A stretch of 64,000 nt of DNA, taken from Thecamonas trahens ATCC 50062 (taxonomy: Eukaryota > Protista > Apusomonadida). The notes beneath the pieces were generated by a model. It saw nothing but the letters and a program-made list of their open reading frames with translations. It did no database searches and was not told the DNA's origin. Location of the stretch: contig NW_013657648.1 in assembly GCF_000142905.1 (NCBI RefSeq), positions 1-64,000 on the forward strand, in the 5' to 3' direction. Made by a program: the position numbers and the translations under genes. The first letter of the stretch is position 1, and each line of letters begins with the position of its first letter. Positions 56,049-64,000 of the stretch are shown piece after piece.

Positions 56049-58025
56049 TCAGTCGATCTCCTCGATGGTCGGCTCGCCAGATCCGCCCGGAGCAGCGGCA
56101 CCGCCCGTCGGCATGCCGCCGGGCATGCCACCAGGCATGCCGCCCGGCATGCCGCCCGGAGCACCGCCGGCGGCACCAGCAGCCTGGGCAGCCTTCTGGA
56201 TGATCGGGTTGGCGACGCCCTCGAGATCCTTCTGCTGATGCTCGAACTCCTCCTTCTCGGCCTCCTGGTTCGAGTCGAGCCACGAGATGACCTCGTCGAT
56301 CTTGGCGTTGAGCGTGGTCTTGTCGGCCTCGGGGATGGAGAGCTTGTCGTCGCGGAGGGTGGAGCGGAGCGAGTACGCGTAGTTCTCGAGACCGTTGCGC
56401 GCCTCGACCTTCTGGCGGACCTTCTCGTCGTCGGCCGCGTACTTTTCGGCCTCGGAGACCATGCGCTCGATCTCCTCCTTGGAGAGGCGGCCAGACTCGT
56501 TCTTGATCTGGATCTTGTTGATGTTGCCGGTCGACTTCTCCTGGGCCGACACGTTGAGGATGCCGTTGGCGTCAATGTCAAAGACAACCTCGATCTGCGG
56601 CTGGCCGCGCGGCATCGGCGGGATGCCGGTCAGCTCGAACTTGCCGAGCAGGTTGTTGTCCTTGGTCTGCGCCCGCTCGCCCTCAAACACCTGGATGAGG
56701 ACACCAGGCTGGTTGTCCGAGTACGTCGAGAACGTCTGGGTCTTCTTGGTCGGGATCGTCGTGTTGCGCGGGATGAGCTTGGTCATCACGCCACCGGCGG
56801 TCTCCAGGCCAAGCGAGAGCGGCGTGACGTCGAGGAGGAGCAGGTCGTTGAGCTTGCCGGTATCGTCGTGGTCGCCCGAGAGAATGGCGGCCTGGACGGC
56901 GGCACCGTAGGCAACGGCCTCATCCGGGTTGATCGACTTGCACGGCTCCTTGCCCGAGAAGTAGTCCGAGAGCAGCTTCTGGACCCGCGGGATGCGGGTC
57001 GAGCCACCCACGAGCACAATCTCGTGGATCTCAGACTTGGACAGGCCCGAGTCCGAGATGGCGCGCTCCACAGGCTCGAGGCACTTGCGGAAGAGGTCCT
57101 GGTTGAGCTCCTCAAACCGAGCCCGGGTGATCGAGGTGTAAAAGTCGATGCCCTCAAAGAGCGAGTCAATCTCGATCGACGCGTTGGTCGACGACGAGAG
57201 CGTGCGCTTCGCGCGCTCGCACGCCGTGCGGAGCCGGCGCATCGCGCGGACGTTGCCCGAGATGTCCTTCTTGTGCTTGCGCTTGAACTCACGCACAAAG
57301 TGGTCGACAAGGCGGTTGTCAAAGTCCTCGCCGCCAAGGTGGGTGTCACCGGCAGTCGACTTGACCTCAAAGATGCCGTCCTCGATGGTGAGGACGGAAA
57401 CGTCAAAGGTACCGCCACCCAGATCAAAGATGAGCACGTTCTTCTCGCCGCCCTTCTGGTCGAGGCCGTACGCGATCGCGGCCGCCGTCGGCTCGTTAAT
57501 GATGCGCAGGACGTTGAGGCCGGCAATGGTGCCGGCGTCCTTGGTCGCCTGACGCTGCGAGTCGTTAAAGTACGCAGGCACCGTGATGACCGCGTTGCCC
57601 ACGTCCGTCCCGAGGTACGCCTCCGCCACCTGCTTCATCTTGGTCAGCACCATCGACGAGATCTCCTCCGGCGAGAACGTCTTGCTCTCGCCCTGGTACT
57701 CGACCTGGATCATCGGCTTGCCCGCCTTATCCACAACCGCAAACGGCCAGTGCGCCTTGTCAGACTGCACCGCCGGGTCCGAGTACTCGCGCCCAATGAG
57801 CCGCTTGGCGTCGAACACCGTGTTGCGCGGGTTCATCGCCGTCTGCAGCTTGGCAGCGTCGCCGATCAGCCGCTCAGAGTCGGTAAACGCCACATACGAC
57901 GGCGTCGTCCGGTTACCCTGGTCGTTGGCGATAATCTCCACACGATCGTTGCGCCACACGCCGACGCACGAGTACGTCGTTCCGAGGTCAATGCCCACAG
58001 AAGCTCCGTTGTTCTTAGCAGCCAT
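56049..58025 (-). CDS. HSP70: Cytosolic heat shock protein 70
   Basis: [47 protein letters not shown] repeats and C-terminal PTIEEID; intronless. Confidence 0.99.
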   Translation of the reverse strand: MAAKNNGASVGIDLGTTYSCVGVWRNDRVEIIANDQGNRTTPSYVAFTDSERLIGDAAKLQTAMNPRNTVFDAKRLIGREYSDPAVQSDKAHWPFAVVDKAGKPMIQVEYQGESKTFSPEEISSMVLTKMKQVAEAYLGTDVGNAVITVPAYFNDSQRQATKDAGTIAGLNVLRIINEPTAAAIAYGLDQKGGEKNVLIFDLGGGTFDVSVLTIEDGIFEVKSTAGDTHLGGEDFDNRLVDHFVREFKRKHKKDISGNVRAMRRLRTACERAKRTLSSSTNASIEIDSLFEGIDFYTSITRARFEELNQDLFRKCLEPVERAISDSGLSKSEIHEIVLVGGSTRIPRVQKLLSDYFSGKEPCKSINPDEAVAYGAAVQAAILSGDHDDTGKLNDLLLLDVTPLSLGLETAGGVMTKLIPRNTTIPTKKTQTFSTYSDNQPGVLIQVFEGERAQTKDNNLLGKFELTGIPPMPRGQPQIEVVFDIDANGILNVSAQEKSTGNINKIQIKNESGRLSKEEIERMVSEAEKYAADDEKVRQKVEARNGLENYAYSLRSTLRDDKLSIPEADKTTLNAKIDEVISWLDSNQEAEKEEFEHQQKDLEGVANPIIQKAAQAAGAAGGAPGGMPGGMPGGMPGGMPTGGAAAPGGSGEPTIEEID

Positions 58026-58133
58026 GGTTTCTTGTGTTGTTGTTGTTTGTTACTCTCTTGCTTTCAGTAGCTCCGATGAGTTGGTTGTTGCTTGCTGTCT
58101 GGCTCGCCCTGCACCCCCTCGAAATTCCGTCGC

Positions 58134-58171
58134 ATTTTATGCCCGCCGACGTGAACCTTCTTGAAAATCCG
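58134..58171 (-). promoter_or_regulatory. Heat shock element plus TATA-like box of HSP70
   Basis: tGAAccTTCttGAAaaTCCg at 58152-58171 (three perfect alternating nGAAn pentamers plus one imperfect) lies immediately upstream of a minus-strand CATAAAAT, about 110-145 bp before the ATG. Confidence 0.8.
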
Positions 58172-58780
58172 GAGTGAAGCACCGGGTCGCGGCTACCTTC
58201 TGCGCCCTGCCCTGCTGGTATTCAGCCACCCATGCCTTTCCAAACACCATGTTATACTCGCCAGTACTTGCTCTACACATCCCTCTGCTCCATTATTCTT
58301 TGCTAGGTCACTATCTCCCGTAAAGCCCCAGTTTCCAGCTCCCCAGCAAGATGCGAGCCTGCATCACGAAATTGGGCCATGTTTCATGAAGCCTTCCGCC
58401 TCCCCTCCCCCCTCCATCTCCCCACACCTCCATCTACCTGCTTCATCCTCATCTCCCCTCCCACCACTTTTTACATCAGCTGTGTGCAACAGTCTTGCCC
58501 ACCCCACATCACCCTCAGCCCCTCCCCTCTCCTTCCACCAGTGTATTCCACCCACCCTCGCCTGGCCGCGGCGATGCCACACACGACGCGCAGAGCCGGT
58601 CCCAACCTCATCTCGACGCGAAACACGTCCCTCCAAATATTTTATCAATTTCTCAACCAACACCCCCCACTCCCTCCGCCTCCACCGTGACCCTCCTTGC
58701 CCCGCTGCTGTCGGCACTCTCTCCCCGTCAACGGAGTCGCCTCCTCGCTGCGCACCCCACACTCCACCCTTGGCAACGCC

Positions 58781-61700
58781 ATGCCGAGACGTGGAGCACT
58801 ACGAGAGCGGGAACTGGCACATGTCCAGCTCCGCGGCCCGGGAGGGCGTGCCACCGAGCACGCGCTCTGCCTCTGGATCACGTCCGTTGTGACGTCTCGG
58901 CACCCGCGAGTCACTTCGCTGGGCCAGCTCGCCGACTCAATGGCACTGGCCCAGACCACGGCTCAACTCATCCCATCGTACAAGGTCTTCTACGTCCATG
59001 GGAATGGGAGGGAGTTTCCACTCTCCGTCCCTCCCGTGGGTGCCCGGGCCGCTCGTCGCAACCTTCGCCTCCTGGCTGATCTCTGGGACGAGTACACCGG
59101 CTCGTTCACAGCCACAGCTCCCTTTCCGCCGCCCTCGCATCCGCTCGCCCACTCGGTCCCTACCTCGGCTACGAACTCGATCACCGACTACTCGTCATCA
59201 TCGCCGTCGTCATCTGCCTCCAGTGACGACAACAGCGACATCAAGCCGCAGACCCGTCGCAAGCCAAAGCCCAGCTCCAAGCCCAGCTCCAAGCCCGGTT
59301 CCAAGTCCAAGTCCAAGTCTAGGTCCAGCGCCAAGCACACCACCAAATCCAAGCGCGCCAACAAAGCATCAGGCTCCTCACTGAGAGGATCCTCGAAGCA
59401 GCCTGTCAAGCCGGACAAGCCAGACAAGTCGGATGAGTCCAAGCAGCGGAAGCGGAGCCGCAAGGGCAAGCACCGCCCCCGTCGCTCGCAGCGCATCCTG
59501 CGCCTCCTGCCCCTTCCGACCTTGCCGCCGCTCGACGTCGAGCCACACGCAGTTGCCGCCGGTGAGCCACGCGCCGTTGCCGCTGCCGTATTTGGCATAG
59601 CCATGCGCCACTACGCCACGTCGCTCCCGATCCCGCTGGCGCCGAACCTCGCCCACGACGCCGCGCTGGCTGACGCCTTTATGGTCGGCGTCGCCGCGTT
59701 TATCTCGGACCTGATATCCGACGCACTACCTGTGCTCGCTGATGCTGGCATTCCACCGCCTACCTTGCCACTGGTTGACACCGGGCGTGCGGTCGCTGAC
59801 GGCGGTGCGCTGCTAGCGCTCATTGTTGCCGCCCCCGGCTCGGCAGCCTCGCTCGATCTTGCCGCTGTCGCCACCGCCGAGCCGCACCGCCGGGTTGGCA
59901 TGGCGCTCAAGACTGCCTTTGACACCTGGTCCGTCCCTGCCCTCCTCCGTTCTGCCGACTGGCTCGCTGCCTCGGCCCCGCTCGTCAACGCTCTCTACCT
60001 CTGCATGGTTGCCGAGTTGGCGTTTGGCGCCCCACCACACCTGCATCCTGCTGACGTTGTCGCCTTTGCCGCCCTTCGGACCGAGGTCGATGCCCTCCGT
60101 GCTGCTGCCTCTGACCCGACTTTGGCCGACGGCTCGGAGCCAGGCTCCGAGCCCGAGCCGGAGCCGGGGCCGCCGGAGCGCATCAGCCCTGTCGTCCGCA
60201 CCCTCGATGACCTCGCATCGCAGCTCCGATCCAAGGCTCTCAGCGGCCTCGGCGCCCGTGCTCCGCCCTCGGTCCGGAGGCTCTTGGCCTTGGAGTCGCA
60301 AGTTACCACCGCCAAGCTCCGCATGATGCTCGCTGTTGCCGAGGGTGTTGCCGGCAAAGCCGTCGTTCGCGATGCTCTCGCGGCTGCCGCTGAATCCGCC
60401 GCTCTTACTGATGACTCTAAGCCGCGAGGCGGCGGGGGCAAAACCTCGACCCAAAAAGCCGCCCGCTCCCGATCGGGTGGGCCTGCGACTCCAGCCGCAC
60501 CACCCGAGATCAGCGATACCGCCGCGGCCCGATTTCGTGCCGCAAGTCTTGTGTCATCGTTTGCCGCTGTCGAGCCGCTTGCGCTGCAAACTGTTCAGCT
60601 CAGCCGTGCTGCCCACCACCTCGCCACCCGGGTGGCCGATGCCGAGACGCGGACGGCTCGGCTGACGGGCGTCCTCGCGACGCGCGCTCACGCCACGGCG
60701 CCGCTCGAGCAGCAGCTCTCGCGCGTTCTTGGTCGCCACACCTGCTTTGTCACTGCCGCGCCCTCACCCGGCACCCGCTCGCCCAAGGAGACTGCGCAAG
60801 CCGCGCAGGGCCGCGTCATGGCGCGGTCGGCATCGGGCTCACTCACTGTTGTCGCCCTCGAGGTCATTGGCGCCGCTCCGCTCCTTGCCGCCTTTGGCGA
60901 TGTCATGCACGAGGCGCTTGCCACGCTCGAGGTCCACATCGACCGCCTCCGCCGCCTCTTGCACGGCCAGCTCGAGGCTGCATCCGGCCCGTACTACACT
61001 CTCTCCTTCTCACACCCCGGCGCTGCTGTCGTCTTTGCCCTCCGACTTCATACCGCCCTCACGACCGCTACGTGGCCGCCCCCGATTGCTGACGTGGCCA
61101 ATCCGTTCACGGCACCAGCTGGCCCAAGCGATGCCCGTGGCCAGCTTTGGGTAGCTGCCGGCATTGCTGACGGCTCTGTTACGCTCGCCCACACACAGGC
61201 GACAGGCGTTGCTTCCATCGGCGGCGAGACCGTAGCCGCTGCTGTTGCGCTCCGCGATGCCGCGCCCGGTGGCGCCACCTTTGTCACCGAAGCGCTCTCA
61301 CTCCAACTGGCAACGCTTGCGCACACCGCTGCACGCGAGACGTCCTCGCCAGCCCAAGCGCCGTCGCGCCCACCGGCGCAGTCGAAGTCCGGTGCTCGAG
61401 GCAAGCCAGGCCGCCGCAGTGATCGTGGATCACCGTCGCTCAAAGGCGGCTCGCGCTCGCGCGCGTCGCTTGCGCCCAAGCCTTCCAAGAGCCAGGTCGG
61501 TTTTACCGGTCCCGAGCGCGAGGAGCTCGCCGCCGCCGAGCTCGCGGTCGACCTCGCCGCGGCGAGCGTGCCTGGCGTCGGTCCGGTTTTTTCTCTCGCC
61601 GCTGCCAAGGCGCGTGTCCACGACGACGCACGAACCAGCGCCATCGCCGCCTCGCCCCACCTCTGGCGCGAGGCATGGACACTACTCCGCGCCCGCCACA

Positions 61701-62341
61701 CACCACGCGACTCGGATGTCAACCTAACCGAGACCCTCAAGGCTGCGACTGTCGCCGTCGAGTCCGACCTCGCCGCCGCCCGCGCCCGCCTTGCCGACCT
61801 CCGCACCCGCATCGCCGATCTCGAGACTAGCCTCGGCGACTGGCTGGACGTCACCGAGCCTGACCCGCCCGTTGACTCTGATCTCCTCTCCGGCGAGCCC
61901 GACCCCTCGCTTGTCCGGGCCCAGCTCTGGGTCGGTCGCACTCGTGTCGCACTTTCACGGCTTCGCGGCGAGCTCGACGACTTCCAGGCGCTCCCGCCGC
62001 ACACGCTCTCTGCCCTGCAGCGCACCCCGCCTGCGGTCCCAGACCCGCCGCCGCCGCGCCGCGCTCCGCCAGTGCCCGTAGCCGCCAGCCCTGATCCTGC
62101 CCCTCGCAGGCAACCTGCCACCACGTTCACCGCCTCCACCCTACCGCCGGCCCCCACCGCTCCCACTCGCCCTCACCCTCGCCGCTCTCCTCCGCCCCAT
62201 CACCGCCCGCCATCGCCGCCGGTCTCGAACGATCTGTGGGCAACACTCCCGCCCGCGCCGGCGTCGCGAGCCCGCCTCGAAGAGATGCGCCGCCGCAAGG
62301 GCGCACGCGTCCGCCTCTCCCCGATCAAACCTGTTGACTAG
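58781..62341 (+). CDS. Calponin-homology-like domains + degenerate class III nucleotide cyclase domain + coiled coil + Pro-rich tail
   Basis: CH-like: EHALCLWI..LADSMALA, VADGGALLALI, RVGMALKTA...SVPALL...D. Cyclase-fold pattern: SGSLTVVALEV.G...L...M..AL, LSFSHPGAAVVFAL.L..AL....WP, LWVAAGIADG, GETVAAAVAL..AAPGG.TFVT. Confidence 0.7.
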   Translation: MPRRGALRERELAHVQLRGPGGRATEHALCLWITSVVTSRHPRVTSLGQLADSMALAQTTAQLIPSYKVFYVHGNGREFPLSVPPVGARAARRNLRLLADLWDEYTGSFTATAPFPPPSHPLAHSVPTSATNSITDYSSSSPSSSASSDDNSDIKPQTRRKPKPSSKPSSKPGSKSKSKSRSSAKHTTKSKRANKASGSSLRGSSKQPVKPDKPDKSDESKQRKRSRKGKHRPRRSQRILRLLPLPTLPPLDVEPHAVAAGEPRAVAAAVFGIAMRHYATSLPIPLAPNLAHDAALADAFMVGVAAFISDLISDALPVLADAGIPPPTLPLVDTGRAVADGGALLALIVAAPGSAASLDLAAVATAEPHRRVGMALKTAFDTWSVPALLRSADWLAASAPLVNALYLCMVAELAFGAPPHLHPADVVAFAALRTEVDALRAAASDPTLADGSEPGSEPEPEPGPPERISPVVRTLDDLASQLRSKALSGLGARAPPSVRRLLALESQVTTAKLRMMLAVAEGVAGKAVVRDALAAAAESAALTDDSKPRGGGGKTSTQKAARSRSGGPATPAAPPEISDTAAARFRAASLVSSFAAVEPLALQTVQLSRAAHHLATRVADAETRTARLTGVLATRAHATAPLEQQLSRVLGRHTCFVTAAPSPGTRSPKETAQAAQGRVMARSASGSLTVVALEVIGAAPLLAAFGDVMHEALATLEVHIDRLRRLLHGQLEAASGPYYTLSFSHPGAAVVFALRLHTALTTATWPPPIADVANPFTAPAGPSDARGQLWVAAGIADGSVTLAHTQATGVASIGGETVAAAVALRDAAPGGATFVTEALSLQLATLAHTAARETSSPAQAPSRPPAQSKSGARGKPGRRSDRGSPSLKGGSRSRASLAPKPSKSQVGFTGPEREELAAAELAVDLAAASVPGVGPVFSLAAAKARVHDDARTSAIAASPHLWREAWTLLRARHTPRDSDVNLTETLKAATVAVESDLAAARARLADLRTRIADLETSLGDWLDVTEPDPPVDSDLLSGEPDPSLVRAQLWVGRTRVALSRLRGELDDFQALPPHTLSALQRTPPAVPDPPPPRRAPPVPVAASPDPAPRRQPATTFTASTLPPAPTAPTRPHPRRSPPPHHRPPSPPVSNDLWATLPPAPASRARLEEMRRRKGARVRLSPIKPVD

Positions 62342-62402
62342 CCGATGCTGCACCCGCGCGTGTGTGTCTCGCGTACAATGACCTTCACTCTCTTCAAACA
62401 CA

Positions 62403-64000
62403 TTACTCGATCGAGACAACGGTGGTCGTCCCACCGCGTGCATTGGCGCGGGTCGACGCGGGCGGCGCCGGGGCGACGCGGTTGCGGCGGCCGCCTGCTA
62501 CGCGGCGAGCATGGACAGCAGCGTCAAAACCGGTCTCGCCCTCGTCCGACATCTCCATTGAGGTCGAGTCGTCGAGGCGGCGACTGGACCCCCTGCGGCG
62601 CACGCCGCGATTGACGCTCCCGGTCGAGGAGACAGCCGGAAGCGGAGCGCGGGGCGCCGAGCCCGAGTCGCCCGAACCGCGGCGGTCCGAGACGGCGCGG
62701 GCAAGCTTGCGCGAGGAGCGGTTGGTCCTGGCAGCGACTGTCGCCTGCTGGCCCGAGACAAAGGCTGAGAACGGGACGGCGGCGTCACCGGTCGACGCCA
62801 CGTAACCCCGCTGCGCCATAATCTGAGCAATGAGTCCCATGAGCACCTCGTACGTGTAGTCAAGGTCATCGAGCGACATCAGCCCGATGGTCGAGGCCTG
62901 TGCAGTCAGTTGCTCGACCGCCCGGAAAAACATCGAGAGCGGCATGGTGGTTGCCGTCGCCGACCGCGGGACAACCAGCTGTGAGGCGTGGGCGGCGGCG
63001 GCGCGGACGAGAGGCAGCCCGGGCCCAGGCGACGGCATGGCCAGGTTGGGTGCGGGTGCGTCCATCGCGCCCGCTACCGCTGCCGTGACTGGCTGTCCCG
63101 GGCCAGGCGGCGAACCAAAGGCTTCAGCCCCGGGCGCCATGACCTCGCGGACTTCCTTGTTCTGGTCCTCGGTCCCGAGGTCGTTGGCCATGCGGTAGAT
63201 CTCCATGGCGTACTCGGGAAAGTCAGAGAGCGCCTCGTCGACATCCTCCTTGAGGAGAACAAAGACGTCGACAAAGGTCTTGGCAATAATCGACGCGTTA
63301 CGCTTGGCCTTCATCAGCAGCGCGACTTCGCCAAAGAATGAGCCCTCGCCGAGCGTGTTGACCTTACCCACGCCTGCCAGCTCGACGGTGACGATGCCAC
63401 GGGTGATAAAGTACATCGAGGCGCCAAAGTCGCCTTCGCGAATGATGTAGTCGTTGGGCGTGTAGACCTCGGGCTTGAGCTTGCGGGTGAGCTCCTGCAA
63501 GAACGACTCGTCGCCGCACTTTTCAAACAGCGAGACTTTGCGCAAAATGTCCTTGTTGAGGTCCGACGACACGTCGGCCCGCAGATGGAGCGGCAGGTCA
63601 GAGAGAATGATGGCGTCGTTGAGGCCGGCCTGCCGCTGCCAGATGTACTGGTAGTAGTTACGGATCCGCTGCTGGAGCACCGGATTGATGCCCTTGTACC
63701 GCATCCACAGGTTGACAATGTCGAGCTTCTTGCGGAACTTGGCTCCGGTGGCGTTGCGGTTCGAAATAAGGTCTCCGACGTTACCGATAACGGAAGCAAA
63801 GACAAAGATGCCGATGAAGAGCATGCCGAACGAGAACGCGAGCTCTAGATTGGTGTCGGGCGAGTTGTGGTCGGGGCCCATGCCCGTCAGCAGCGTGATG
63901 CACCAGAACAGCGCCCGCGGATACGCCTCGTGCGCCGGCTTGGTCACCAGCGTCTGCATGCCCTGCGGCCACCCGGTGCCGACCGGCTGCGGCCACCCGC
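62403..64000 (-). CDS. Cyclic nucleotide-gated / CNBD-family cation channel (3' part; 5' end outside window)
   Basis: Pore helix YPRALFWCITLLT, S6 IGIFVFASVIGNVG, C-linker LQQRIRNYYQY..LSDLPLHLR and CNBD YIIREGDFG..MYFI..G..GSFFGEVALL...RNASI. Confidence 0.93.
   Translation of the reverse strand, partial: GWPQPVGTGWPQGMQTLVTKPAHEAYPRALFWCITLLTGMGPDHNSPDTNLELAFSFGMLFIGIFVFASVIGNVGDLISNRNATGAKFRKKLDIVNLWMRYKGINPVLQQRIRNYYQYIWQRQAGLNDAIILSDLPLHLRADVSSDLNKDILRKVSLFEKCGDESFLQELTRKLKPEVYTPNDYIIREGDFGASMYFITRGIVTVELAGVGKVNTLGEGSFFGEVALLMKAKRNASIIAKTFVDVFVLLKEDVDEALSDFPEYAMEIYRMANDLGTEDQNKEVREVMAPGAEAFGSPPGPGQPVTAAVAGAMDAPAPNLAMPSPGPGLPLVRAAAAHASQLVVPRSATATTMPLSMFFRAVEQLTAQASTIGLMSLDDLDYTYEVLMGLIAQIMAQRGYVASTGDAAVPFSAFVSGQQATVAARTNRSSRKLARAVSDRRGSGDSGSAPRAPLPAVSSTGSVNRGVRRRGSSRRLDDSTSMEMSDEGETGFDAAVHARRVAGGRRNRVAPAPPASTRANARGGTTTVVSIE

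Noticed and set aside
55911-58070. 719-aa plus-strand ORF antisense to HSP70
   Set aside because: Long antisense ORFs opposite GC3-rich HSP70 genes are a well-known codon-bias shadow, and this one has no independent protein motifs.
6817-64000. Functional cluster of three voltage-sensor-superfamily genes
   Set aside because: They are 15-30 kb apart with many housekeeping genes between them, and there is no evidence of co-regulation.
1-64000. tRNA, rRNA or other structured RNA genes
   Set aside because: None recognisable by eye; a covariance-model scan (tRNAscan-SE, Infernal) is needed to exclude them.

Overview
GC-rich, gene-dense eukaryotic (protist) genomic DNA with few, short GT-AG introns and two N gaps (23494-23846, 44534-44790). 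Composition and gene content are consistent with an apusomonad such as Thecamonas (inference, not verified). About 28 protein-coding genes can be modelled. They include a four-domain Nav/Cav-type channel, a FAR-GNPAT (FARAT) fusion, ceramide glucosyltransferase, APC11, a double-FERM protein, ACBP, WASP, a PhyH-like dioxygenase, two RasGEFs, a TKL kinase-WDR13 fusion, Bax inhibitor-1, phenylalanine hydroxylase, a CPI1-like sterol isomerase, an ACF1/BAZ1A-like protein, RPB4, cytosolic Hsp70 with an upstream HSE, a CH-domain pseudo-cyclase and a partial CNG-type channel. There is also a decayed piggyBac fragment, an ankyrin-repeat relic and two local duplications. Six genes are split by single-base indels in short homopolymers, most likely sequencing errors. 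The best candidate for an undescribed system is at 44813-47661: an S1-S6 voltage-sensor module, of the type known from ciliate/apicomplexan channel-adenylyl cyclases, fused to a CDC25 RasGEF domain, i.e. a possible voltage-sensing Ras activator. Also notable are the D-D-V-D selectivity filter and nearly uncharged domain-IV S4 of the four-domain channel, and a UBL-UBA-UBR-box protein. All homology calls come from motif recognition by eye; no searches were run.
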